A stretch of 64,000 nt of DNA, taken from NCBI GenBank assembly GCA_050247135.1, contig JBFWUT010000002.1, forward strand, positions 61,850-125,849. Reading direction: 5' to 3'. The DNA is from Candidatus Berkiella sp. Its GTDB lineage: Bacteria > Pseudomonadota > Gammaproteobacteria > Berkiellales > Berkiellaceae. Made by a program: the position numbers and the translations under genes. The notes under the pieces were generated by a model. The model saw nothing but the letters and a program-made list of their open reading frames with translations. It did not search any database and was not told where the DNA came from. Below are positions 27,853-36,169 of the stretch, piece after piece (the first letter of the stretch is position 1; the number at the start of each line of letters is the position of its first letter).

Positions 27853-28576
27853 CCTCTTTTTGTGGTTACCCGCTTTTTTGGCGGGGCTGCTTGTGATGCT
27901 AACCCATGTCCCACTGGGGCAAAAAGTTTTGCAGCGTGGTGTGATCTTTCTTGATCTGGCCATTGCCCAGGCTGCTGGGCTGGGTGTGATCATTGCTTAC
28001 GGGCTTGAACTCAATACCCATGGTTTTGCATTGCAGTTAATTGCTTTGTTAAGCGCTGTACTGATGGCACTGTTTTTTCAATTCTTAGACAAAAAGCAAA
28101 ATGCCCATTTGGAAGCGTGGATCGGTTGTAGTTTTGTGATCACCGCCAGTATCGGCTTATGGATTTTATCAGGCAGCGCTCATGCAGCAGAGCATCTTCG
28201 CGAAATTCTGATGGGGCAGATCTTATGGGTAACGCCATCACAGCTTGTGACCACGCTATTTTATTATGCATTAGCAGCGCTGTTACTGGTTATTAACCGT
28301 AAAAGCTTTTATCTGTTGTTTGCCATTAGTATTACGGCAGCTGTACAACTTGTAGGGATTTACCTGGTATTTGCCACGTTGATTATGCCCGCTTTGGCTA
28401 CCTCGCATCTTAAGTCGAGGATCAGCAAATTAGGATTTGGCTATGGCTTGTGTTTGTTTGCTTATATCGTGGGGATTGTACTGTCTCAGCAGTTTGATGC
28501 ACCTGCAAGTCCTATGATTGTCTTAAGCATGGCACTTGGTACCGTCACGCTGTTAACCATTCGGAGTTTGAGATGA
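27839..28576 (+). CDS. znuB: metal ABC transporter permease (ABC-3/ZnuB family)
   Basis: 245 aa polytopic protein. N-terminus HVPLGQKVLQRGVIFLDLAIAQAAGLG is typical of ZnuB/MntB permeases. It overlaps the znuA end. Confidence 0.75.
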   Translation: MRMDNLFLWLPAFLAGLLVMLTHVPLGQKVLQRGVIFLDLAIAQAAGLGVIIAYGLELNTHGFALQLIALLSAVLMALFFQFLDKKQNAHLEAWIGCSFVITASIGLWILSGSAHAAEHLREILMGQILWVTPSQLVTTLFYYALAALLLVINRKSFYLLFAISITAAVQLVGIYLVFATLIMPALATSHLKSRISKLGFGYGLCLFAYIVGIVLSQQFDAPASPMIVLSMALGTVTLLTIRSLR

Positions 28577-29010
28577 GTTACAAAGTCCAACAGCGTTTAA
28601 AAAAGGCTGAAGCGGTGTGTCAGAAGCAAAATACAAAGCTAACCCCACTAAGAAGATCGCTATTGAGTAAGCTATATGAAAATACTAAACCGCTCACTGC
28701 TTATGATTTGTTACGGCTGATGCGTGAACAGCACCCCAAAATGGAAGCAATGTCGGTTTATCGGATTTTACATTTTTTGGAAAGCCAACATCTGGTGCAT
28801 CGTTTAAATAGTTGCCAAGCTTATGCTGCGTGCAGCATGCCAGAGCATGAACATCATGCGCAGTTAGTGGTTTGTGAAAAATGTCATCACTCTGAAGAAA
28901 TAGCCATGCGATCACTCAAGGAATCGATCGATTCTGCTCTAAAAGAACACTCCTTTTGTTTCTCAACTAAATCGATTGAAATCTTTGGCATCTGCCAAAG
29001 CTGCGCCTAG
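28573..29010 (+). CDS. zur: Fur-family transcriptional regulator, probably Zur
   Basis: Winged-helix region TPLRRSLLSKLYENTKPLTAYDLLRLM...SVYRILHFLESQHLVHRL, then metal-site Cys/His residues (CSMPEHEHHAQLVVCEKCHH...CQSCA). It sits inside a zinc-uptake operon and overlaps znuB by 4 nt. Confidence 0.75.
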   Translation: MSYKVQQRLKKAEAVCQKQNTKLTPLRRSLLSKLYENTKPLTAYDLLRLMREQHPKMEAMSVYRILHFLESQHLVHRLNSCQAYAACSMPEHEHHAQLVVCEKCHHSEEIAMRSLKESIDSALKEHSFCFSTKSIEIFGICQSCA

Positions 29011-29117
29011 GACATCCAAATTTTCTAAGATTCGAATATCCCTTACTTGTTTCTTACCTGTTTAACTTTAACAATTTGGATGTCCTAAGTTTTTTATTTG
29101 GGTGTCCTTTATTTTGG
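29008..29117. repeat. REP-like inverted doublet (BIME-like) plus a degenerate third copy
   Basis: TAGGACATCCAAATTTT (29008-29024, overlapping the zur stop codon) and the inverted AATTTGGATGTCCTAAG (29074-29090) are separated by about 50 nt. A degenerate GGGTGTCCTTTATTTTGG follows at 29100-29117. Confidence 0.65.
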
Positions 29118-29172
29118 ATTTATGATAAAAAGCGATAAATTTTTATTCACATAAGTAAGAAGGAAGTTAGCA

Positions 29173-29793
29173 ATGTTTGGATGGGGCGGTTCAGATACTT
29201 GGTTTAGTGGGCTTAATACCTTTTTAAAAGGATATGCTGACACAGCAGCAGCGCCTTTTAAAAGTGGTGTTGCCACAGGCATTGATGCCATATTCACTGC
29301 AACATGGGCAGGCATGAAAGCCAACCCTTATGCGACAGCCGCAACCGTTGTTGTAGGCGGGGTAACTTTATACGCTTACAAAAATAAAGGCTTTGGCGTT
29401 GGACTTGGCAAATTGCACGTAGGGTTTAATAATTTTTTAGCGCACGCCACGGTTAAAATTGGCTTAGGTGCAGAATCTGTAGCCAATTATTGGGATATTA
29501 ATAATAGGTTGATTAATATTGATAACAGATTGCAACGTCTTGAAGAAGGCCAAAGCACATTAGCAGAAAATGAGCGTTTTCGTAGCGAAGCTCATCGAAC
29601 CCGCGCCAGCGAATTGAAAAGTACCTTAACTGATTTGCAAAATTCTGTTGGGCAACAATTCACCGCACTCTTTCAACTCACTCGAGAACAGCACAAAGCA
29701 ACCTCTGATTCTCTCCAAGCAATGGGATTAGCTAACGCTGAAGCTAATCAAGCCACCCGTAGAATCGAAGAAGGTCTTCGTCCTAAAAAGTAA
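29173..29793 (+). CDS. hypothetical protein (206 aa) with C-terminal coiled coil
   Basis: The N-terminal half is G/A/T-rich (GVATGIDAIFTATWAGMKANPYATAATVVVGG). The C-terminal half is heptad-like (NNRLINIDNRLQRLEEGQSTLAENERF...). Confidence 0.45.
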   Translation: MFGWGGSDTWFSGLNTFLKGYADTAAAPFKSGVATGIDAIFTATWAGMKANPYATAATVVVGGVTLYAYKNKGFGVGLGKLHVGFNNFLAHATVKIGLGAESVANYWDINNRLINIDNRLQRLEEGQSTLAENERFRSEAHRTRASELKSTLTDLQNSVGQQFTALFQLTREQHKATSDSLQAMGLANAEANQATRRIEEGLRPKK

Positions 29794-29800
29794 TTTTTCC

Positions 29801-29834
29801 CAAAAGGCACCTTGTTAACAAGGTGCTTTTTTAT
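29801..29834. terminator. bidirectional rho-independent terminator between convergent genes
   Basis: 8 bp stem GCACCTTG/CAAGGTGC with loop TTAA (29807-29826). An A-tract on the left and a T-tract (TTTTTTATTTG) on the right. Confidence 0.75.
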
Positions 29835-30991
29835 TTGCGTTCTTGTCTTTCAATCCGCTTTAACGGCTCTTCAGTCTCTTTAATCAGATGATCTAAATCC
29901 GAAATCACATTGGCCATTTCAGGCAGTGCTTTTTGCCGAAAATTGCTGATATCATCGATGGCGCTCTTTAAGTCGTTTAAAGCCGATTTCAAGGCATTCA
30001 CATCGATTTGTGCCGAAGCGGCCCCTTTATGGATTTGGGTACCTTGGGTTTTTAACCGCGCAGCGCTATCGGCAATTAATTTGGCCGTGGTCTCATTAAT
30101 CTTATCAATCTTTTGTAACACTTTTTCTTGATTCGCCAGCGCTAGCGCAATGGTCGTGGCATTTCTTAAGGCGGTAATGGTCACATTCAGAGCTCGATTT
30201 ACCCCGCGCACTAATTCTTTGTTATTACGAATAATTAATTCCGTCGCAATAATCGATTGCTGGGTGACAGCCACTTGTTGCTGTAAATCAATCACGCGCT
30301 GGCGAATGGGGAATAACATATATTCATCGACCACTTTGGCTTGATTGGGATCGGTGTTTTTTAGCTCTTTGCTTTTTTGATCGAGTTTTTGATCCACGCT
30401 ATTAGCAAATACCAAGGTTTTTTCTAATTCTTCACCGGTGTGCCACAACTGTTTTTGATCTTCAGCCAAGGTAATGTTGTCACGTAGTAATTGATCGCGT
30501 CCAGCTTCAAGAGAATGCACTATGGCATCGATCACCGTTTGTGCACTTTCAAAGCGGGTGATATAGCGTTTAATAGATGAACCCACACCGGGAATATAAC
30601 CTAAAAGGCGTGAAAACCAGCCTGGTGAAAAATTCACTTTTTCAGGGTCTAGCGATTCTACCGTCATTTTTAAATCGATTAACGCATTAGCAACCTCGCC
30701 CCCATCTTCAGCGCGGCGCGATAAGGTGGCAATCGGTTGCTTTAACATGCCCATTTGCTGGGCTGATTTTTTCTGCAAATCGGTGCCAATTTCTTCGACT
30801 TTATTCACTGATAGTTGTTGGCTTTCAATTTTGCTTAAATCGTTTGCCAACAGTGCACCCACAAATTGATCGGCGCTTAAGATAATTTGTTGCTGCTCAC
30901 TGCCTGGCACACGATCTTTTAGCAACAGTTCTTGTTGGACTTCTTGACTTGACGCTGGTTTCAATTGGGTTGAATTGTCATTGTCTTGCAT
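29831..30991 (-). CDS. TelA/KlaB-like toxic anion resistance protein (YaaN-like)
   Basis: 386 aa. Coiled-coil rich, with TelA-family-like segments (…LDPEKVNFSPGWFSRLLGYIPGVGSSIKRYITRFESAQTVIDAIVHSLEAGRDQLLRDNITL…). It sits downstream of an XpaC-like gene, as in the Bacillus xpaC-yaaN pair. Confidence 0.55.
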   Translation of the reverse strand: MQDNDNSTQLKPASSQEVQQELLLKDRVPGSEQQQIILSADQFVGALLANDLSKIESQQLSVNKVEEIGTDLQKKSAQQMGMLKQPIATLSRRAEDGGEVANALIDLKMTVESLDPEKVNFSPGWFSRLLGYIPGVGSSIKRYITRFESAQTVIDAIVHSLEAGRDQLLRDNITLAEDQKQLWHTGEELEKTLVFANSVDQKLDQKSKELKNTDPNQAKVVDEYMLFPIRQRVIDLQQQVAVTQQSIIATELIIRNNKELVRGVNRALNVTITALRNATTIALALANQEKVLQKIDKINETTAKLIADSAARLKTQGTQIHKGAASAQIDVNALKSALNDLKSAIDDISNFRQKALPEMANVISDLDHLIKETEEPLKRIERQERK

Positions 30992-30999
30992 GGCTCATC

Positions 31000-31590
31000 C
31001 TAATACAGTTTTGCGCGATCGGTCATTGTTTTTAAGTTATCTACTAAGAAGTCAGTTGTTTGCTTATCCGGACCTGAAAGATTCTTAATATCAGATAAAT
31101 TCGTTATTAGCTCGTTGAGTTTATCTAACAAGCTTTGATTCGATGACAATAAATTCTCAATTCGTTCCGCCAGTTTTTGTTTTTCGAGCGCTTCTTCTTC
31201 AGCAACCTGATCCAGCGCTTCTAATAATGGGATCATTTTGCTAAGGTTATCCGTTAGCACGGCATTCGTTTCAATCAGCGTTTTTTCATAACGGGCATAG
31301 GTTAATTCATCGACCTTGAATTTTTGCTTTAACACCGTAAAGCTTAACTTAGCCACTTCACGAGTTCTGGCAAATTGCTCGCTTGCGCGCTTGCCAAATA
31401 CTCCTATGTTTTCGAGATATTTGCACCAGGTCACTTTGGGCTCTAAGCGCAGTAACGGTAGCAAATTCGTATCTTCTAGGGATAACACTGGCACCAAAGC
31501 ACGTTGGCGTCTTCGAATAGCCACGTAGCCAGCCAAGCCTGCTAAAGCAACAGCAGCAGTAATCACAATTTCAATCAACAAAATAGCCAT
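31000..31590 (-). CDS. XpaC-like membrane-anchored coiled-coil protein (5-bromo-4-chloroindolyl phosphate hydrolysis protein family)
   Basis: 196 aa. N-terminal TM (MAILLIEIVITAAVALAGLAGYVAIRRRQR), then coiled coil. It sits directly upstream of the telA-like gene. Confidence 0.4.
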   Translation of the reverse strand: MAILLIEIVITAAVALAGLAGYVAIRRRQRALVPVLSLEDTNLLPLLRLEPKVTWCKYLENIGVFGKRASEQFARTREVAKLSFTVLKQKFKVDELTYARYEKTLIETNAVLTDNLSKMIPLLEALDQVAEEEALEKQKLAERIENLLSSNQSLLDKLNELITNLSDIKNLSGPDKQTTDFLVDNLKTMTDRAKLY

Positions 31591-31673
31591 CCGGGTCGAA
31601 TAGTGTTGTAGCCTAAATACTGAATATCATATTATAGGCTTTCTTCTATTAATATACATTCATCATAGGTTTT

Positions 31674-32327
31674 ATGACTTGGCAAAAATGGCTGACCCTT
31701 GGGCCCAACACTATCAAAAGTAGCGAAAGCGAACCTAACTATATCAGTTGGAATACTGATATAGAGTCTTGGAATGCCCAAAGCACGCTCATGGTTGAAG
31801 ACGGCCAACTGGCCATGCTGCTGGTGAATCAAGCCATTGTAGCCATCTTAGAAAAAGGGACGTTCCCGTTAGATTGGGTGTTAGATGATAACTTGCTAAA
31901 CACAGCCTCCTCTTTAAAAGCCTATTATTTTTCCAGAAAAACCTTTTCGAATCTGCGCTGGGGTACGCCTGCGCCTATTATCGTGAACGATACGGCGATT
32001 GGCATGAAATCACTACGCGCCCATGGTGTGTTTTCTTTTAAGCTCGATAACCCTAAACGCTTATGGCAACATGTGCCCAATGATTATAAAAGTTTTACCA
32101 CAGATGATATCGGCGTACCGCTTCGAGCGATGATCTTAGATGAGTTCACCGCCAAAGTGAGTGCTAATCAAAATAATATTTTGCAGTTTCTTGAAAAGCG
32201 CCAGGCTTTTTCAGCAGAAATCAAAAAAGCACTCGCACCCCATTTTCTCAATTATGGGCTAGAACTGGTGGATTTTATTGTACAAAGTATTTCAGCACCT
32301 GATAATCAAGGAAGCAAGGACATTTAA
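31674..32327 (+). CDS. SPFH/Band-7-like protein (Band_7_1 / YdjI-like 'virion core protein' family)
   Basis: The N-terminal pattern ISWNTDIESWNAQSTLMVEDGQLAMLLVNQAIVAILEKGTFPLDWVLDDNLL matches the conserved IEW..D....L..r.P....i..Ga.L.V.egQ.A.f...G N-terminus of YdjI-type SPFH proteins. 217 aa. Confidence 0.55.
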   Translation: MTWQKWLTLGPNTIKSSESEPNYISWNTDIESWNAQSTLMVEDGQLAMLLVNQAIVAILEKGTFPLDWVLDDNLLNTASSLKAYYFSRKTFSNLRWGTPAPIIVNDTAIGMKSLRAHGVFSFKLDNPKRLWQHVPNDYKSFTTDDIGVPLRAMILDEFTAKVSANQNNILQFLEKRQAFSAEIKKALAPHFLNYGLELVDFIVQSISAPDNQGSKDI

Positions 32328-32954
32328 ATGGCATTATCATGCCCTGCTTGTGGTGGGGAATTAGAATTTAAAAGCCGCTTTAGTGCCATGAGCATTTGTC
32401 CTTATTGCCAATCTATTTTACTCAAAAAAGACGATCTCTGGCTGCAACAAGGCAAAATGGCCGTGTTACCCACCGATATGTCCCCTTTTCAAGTTGGCAC
32501 GCAGGGTATTTTTCAGAAACAATCTTTTGAGATGATTGGCAAATTAAAAGTCGCTTGGGAAAATGGTTTCTGGAATGAGTGGTATATTATCGAGCAAGAT
32601 GGTACAGCTGCTTGGCTGGCTGAAGCCATGGGTTTTTTAAGTTATTCCCACGAAATGGAATTAAACGATCCCCTCAATGATCCTCTCTTTTATCAGGTCG
32701 GCCAAGCTATAACCTTAAATAACAACACTTATACGATTAACGATATTAAAGAATTCGAATGCATTGGCTGCATCGGTGAATTACCCATGGAATTCACTCA
32801 AGGGATGAAAGGGGTTTCTATTGATTTAGTCACCACCGATGATAACTGCGCTTATTTAGAATATTCAAACAATGTGTATCGTTTCTTTAAAGGTAAAAAC
32901 GTCGACTTTGATACCCTAAAACTTGAGAATTTGCGAGCCCTCGATGGCTGGTAA
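32328..32954 (+). CDS. DUF4178-like protein with N-terminal zinc ribbon (YdjH-like)
   Basis: MALSCPACGGELEFKSRFSAMSICPYCQSIL, a C-x2-C...C-x2-C zinc ribbon, then a beta-rich domain. It is paralogous to the N-terminus of the next ORF. Confidence 0.5.
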   Translation: MALSCPACGGELEFKSRFSAMSICPYCQSILLKKDDLWLQQGKMAVLPTDMSPFQVGTQGIFQKQSFEMIGKLKVAWENGFWNEWYIIEQDGTAAWLAEAMGFLSYSHEMELNDPLNDPLFYQVGQAITLNNNTYTINDIKEFECIGCIGELPMEFTQGMKGVSIDLVTTDDNCAYLEYSNNVYRFFKGKNVDFDTLKLENLRALDGW

Positions 32955-34254
32955 GTATCTTCATCCCGAACACAACGCCACACCACCCTCCGTCGAGCAA
33001 ATCGCCTGTGTCAAATGCGGTGGTGCGTTAACGCTGCGGGCTAAGGGTTATTCCACCACCGTTATTTGCCCTTATTGCAATGCGCTTTATAAAGTCACCG
33101 CGCATGGGCTTGAAATTGAGGGCATGTCTCTCTCGCAACACCAACGTCAAATCGAACCTTTAATCCCATTAGGTACGCGTGGTAAATTGCATGGCGCCAC
33201 CTGGGAAGTGATTGGCTTCATGCAACGGCGCTCATCGCTCAATGTAACCTGGCAAGAATATCTACTATTTAATCCTTATAAAGGTTTTCGCTGGCTCACC
33301 GAATGTTTGGGACACTGGAACTATGTCTTGGCTATCCATGATGTGCCTAAACCCTTATTGGGCGATAGCATGTCGTACCTTGATCAAAAATATGTTTTTT
33401 ACTCCACTTACTACGCAGCTGTGCTGTATGTGATTGGCGAATTTTATTGGCGTGTCAAAGCCAATGACACTTGCTCGATTAGTGATTATGTCGCAGGCCC
33501 TAACATCCTCTCTAAAGAAAAACAAGAAAGTGAAGAGATCTGGTCTTTAGCGGAATATATTGAACCTGAAACGGTTAAAGCGGCTTTTAATTTGAACACC
33601 ATGCCCGCGAAAGTAGGGGCAACCATTAACCAACCGTTTAAGCAAAGCAAAGAATTATCTGCCTTGATTACCTCTGGCGTCATTGGCTGTATTTTAGTGG
33701 CGGTGGTCGGTTTATTTATACTGATTGGTTCACGGCATACTCCCCTGGTTTATGGTGAGCTTACCGCCAAGATTGAGCAAAAGGCGCAGTCGCTCGCTTT
33801 ACCACCTCCTTTAACAGTACCAGAAGTCAAAAACGAAATAACGACGCCCAGCTTTGAGATTACCGATGATAATGCTTTTCTGAGTTTTTCACTGCAAGCC
33901 CCTGTCAATAATAATTGGGTCGATGTGGATGCCACATTGATTAATGAACAAACCGGTAAAGCATTATATTTTTCCAATGGCCTTGAATTTTATTCGGGTT
34001 ATGATTCTGATGGTTATTGGAGTGAGGGAAAAAAAGAAGATTCCATCGTACTTTCTGCCCTACCTAAAGGCAAGTATCATTTAGTCTTTGAGGCCACCAC
34101 CAATGATCCCAATGGTATCACCGTCAAGTATCAATTTAAGCAAGGTGCTTTTAACTCAAACAATTACTTTTTTTCACTTTTTTTAATGCTTCTACCCACG
34201 GCGTTTGGACTGGCTTATTATTTTTATTTTAACTATCAACGAGAGATCTCATAA
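32944..34254 (+). CDS. DUF4178-like zinc-ribbon protein with a TM segment and C-terminal extracytoplasmic domain (435 aa)
   Basis: Zinc ribbon CVKCGGALTLRAKGYSTTVICPYCNALY. A TM at about residue 240 (LITSGVIGCILVAVVGLFILIG) and a second hydrophobic segment at the C-terminus. The ATG at 32944 overlaps the previous stop by 8 nt (the ORF-track start at 32923 is a TTG). Confidence 0.5.
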   Translation: MAGKYLHPEHNATPPSVEQIACVKCGGALTLRAKGYSTTVICPYCNALYKVTAHGLEIEGMSLSQHQRQIEPLIPLGTRGKLHGATWEVIGFMQRRSSLNVTWQEYLLFNPYKGFRWLTECLGHWNYVLAIHDVPKPLLGDSMSYLDQKYVFYSTYYAAVLYVIGEFYWRVKANDTCSISDYVAGPNILSKEKQESEEIWSLAEYIEPETVKAAFNLNTMPAKVGATINQPFKQSKELSALITSGVIGCILVAVVGLFILIGSRHTPLVYGELTAKIEQKAQSLALPPPLTVPEVKNEITTPSFEITDDNAFLSFSLQAPVNNNWVDVDATLINEQTGKALYFSNGLEFYSGYDSDGYWSEGKKEDSIVLSALPKGKYHLVFEATTNDPNGITVKYQFKQGAFNSNNYFFSLFLMLLPTAFGLAYYFYFNYQREIS

Positions 34255-34260
34255 ACACTG

Positions 34261-34428
34261 ATGAAATGGTTTCGTAATAAAGGGCTCCTTTTTGGCATTG
34301 CTTACAGTCTGGCGGTGTTTAGCTGGTTTTCTTATACCACTCTACACGGCATCGACATGATGGTTTTTGCGAAATCCTCTGCTAGCTGGAGCGCTAAAGG
34401 CATTCAACATTCTGCAACTCATAAATAA
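34261..34428 (+). CDS. candidate small membrane protein (55 aa; below the ORF-track cutoff)
   Basis: An ATG 7 nt after the previous stop. My translation is MKWFRNKGLLFGIAYSLAVFSWFSYTTLHGIDMMVFAKSSASWSAKGIQHSATHK, with one hydrophobic helix. Confidence 0.3.
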   Translation: MKWFRNKGLLFGIAYSLAVFSWFSYTTLHGIDMMVFAKSSASWSAKGIQHSATHK

Positions 34429-34440
34429 GGATTTAACAAC

Positions 34441-34668
34441 ATGGCAACTGTCGCTGCTTGGATCAACTTACACCCGCTGGTGAATTCCGTCATTTACTCA
34501 GTCGTTGGTTTTGTGATGCTGGGCTTGGGTTTTTATGTATATGACAAGCTCACACCTTGGCGGATGTGGAAAGAAATTATTGATGAACATAACATTGCTC
34601 TGGCTGTGATTGTGGGTGCTATGGTCTTGGGTATTTCTAATATTATTGCTGCAGCTATTGCAGGTTAA
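34441..34668 (+). CDS. DUF350-family small membrane protein (YjfL-like)
   Basis: 75 aa with two TM segments. C-terminal motif GAMVLGISNIIAAAIAG is typical of DUF350. Confidence 0.65.
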   Translation: MATVAAWINLHPLVNSVIYSVVGFVMLGLGFYVYDKLTPWRMWKEIIDEHNIALAVIVGAMVLGISNIIAAAIAG

Positions 34669-34669
34669 T

Positions 34670-36169
34670 ATGGCACTGTTGTTGTTATTTTCTGTTTTTG
34701 TTGTTTCAACCTGCGGTTTGATCTATGAATTGATATGTGGCACCTTAGCCAGCTACCTATTGGGAGATTCGGTTACCCAATTCTCAACGATTATTGGTGT
34801 CTACTTGTTTTCAATGGGTGTCGGCTCCTATTTTTCAAAATTTATTGATAAAAAACTGGTTGAGACCTTTATTCAAATTGAACTCATAATCGGGATCTTG
34901 GGTGGGTTTTCAGCACTGGGTTTGTTTGTTGCTTTTGAGTTTGTTTCACACTTTAAGCCACTACTCTATTTTATTGTTTTTTTAATTGGCACCTGCGTAG
35001 GGTTAGAGATCCCGCTCATGATGCGAATTTTAAAAGAGCACTATACCGATTTTAAAGATCTGGTTTCTAAAGTATTCACCTTCGATTATATCGGTGCGCT
35101 GCTGGCTTCCTTACTCTTTCCATTACTACTTGTGCCTCATTTGGGCTTGGTGCGCTCTGCGCTGCTGTTTGGTGTCATTAATACTGGGGTAGGCGTGCTT
35201 GCTATTCGATCTTTTAACCATCAGATCAAGAAGCCACACTTGTTATATAGCAAAGCTATCGCTTGCTTATTGGTCTTATCGGTGGGTTTTGTATTTTCAC
35301 ATAGGCTCACGACTTTTGCTGAAGCTCGCAATTATGAGGGTAAAATCCTTTACAGCAAATCCACTAAATACCAACGCATCGTATTAACCCGAACCGATAA
35401 CGACATCCGATTGTTTCTCAATGGCAACTTACAATTTAGCTCAAGAGATGAATATCGTTATCATGAAGCACTGGTCCACTTAGGATTGTCACAGATTGAA
35501 AACCCTAAAAAAGTCTTGGTGCTAGGTGGTGGCGATGGCTTGGCGGTGCGCGAGATCTTAAAATACCCATCGATAGAGCAAATCACACTGGTTGATTTAG
35601 ATCCGGCCATGACCCAGCTGTTTCGCCAAGTCCCGATGCTCGTCACCTTAAATGAAAAATCATTGCTCTCTAATAAAGTTACGGTAATCAATGAAGATGC
35701 CTTTTTATGGCTGCGAAGCAATCAGCAACAATTTGACTTTGTGGTCATCGATTTTCCCGATCCGTCAAATTTCTCCCTCGGCAAGCTGTATACCAATACG
35801 TTTTATCGCCATTTGTTTGCAGCCTTAAATAACAAGGGCATGGCGGTAGTGCAATCGACTTCCCCTTTTGTGGCACGTAAAAGCTACTGGTGCATAGCCA
35901 ATACCTTAGAAAGCGTCGGTTTTTATGTGAAGCCTTATTTAACGTATGTGCCCGCTTTTGGTTTGTGGGGGTTTCACTTGGTTGCCAAGTCGATCCCCTC
36001 TGAGCGCTATCATTTACCTAAGCCTTTAAAATACCTAAGCCAAGATGTCATCCCCAGTTTATTTGAGATCCCTTGTGATTTAGCTCATCTTAACACCGAT
36101 GTGAATGCTTTAAACAACCAAGCACTGGTTCGTTATTTTGAAGACGAATGGCAGCGTTATGTCGGATGA
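34670..36169 (+). CDS. membrane-anchored polyamine aminopropyltransferase (spermidine/spermine synthase family)
   Basis: About 7 N-terminal TM helices, then the PABS catalytic domain (VLVLGGGDGLAVREIL...VDLDP...VIDFPDP). The ATG at 34670 lies 2 nt after the DUF350 stop; the ORF-track start at 34610 is a TTG that overlaps the DUF350 gene. Confidence 0.8.
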   Translation: MALLLLFSVFVVSTCGLIYELICGTLASYLLGDSVTQFSTIIGVYLFSMGVGSYFSKFIDKKLVETFIQIELIIGILGGFSALGLFVAFEFVSHFKPLLYFIVFLIGTCVGLEIPLMMRILKEHYTDFKDLVSKVFTFDYIGALLASLLFPLLLVPHLGLVRSALLFGVINTGVGVLAIRSFNHQIKKPHLLYSKAIACLLVLSVGFVFSHRLTTFAEARNYEGKILYSKSTKYQRIVLTRTDNDIRLFLNGNLQFSSRDEYRYHEALVHLGLSQIENPKKVLVLGGGDGLAVREILKYPSIEQITLVDLDPAMTQLFRQVPMLVTLNEKSLLSNKVTVINEDAFLWLRSNQQQFDFVVIDFPDPSNFSLGKLYTNTFYRHLFAALNNKGMAVVQSTSPFVARKSYWCIANTLESVGFYVKPYLTYVPAFGLWGFHLVAKSIPSERYHLPKPLKYLSQDVIPSLFEIPCDLAHLNTDVNALNNQALVRYFEDEWQRYVG

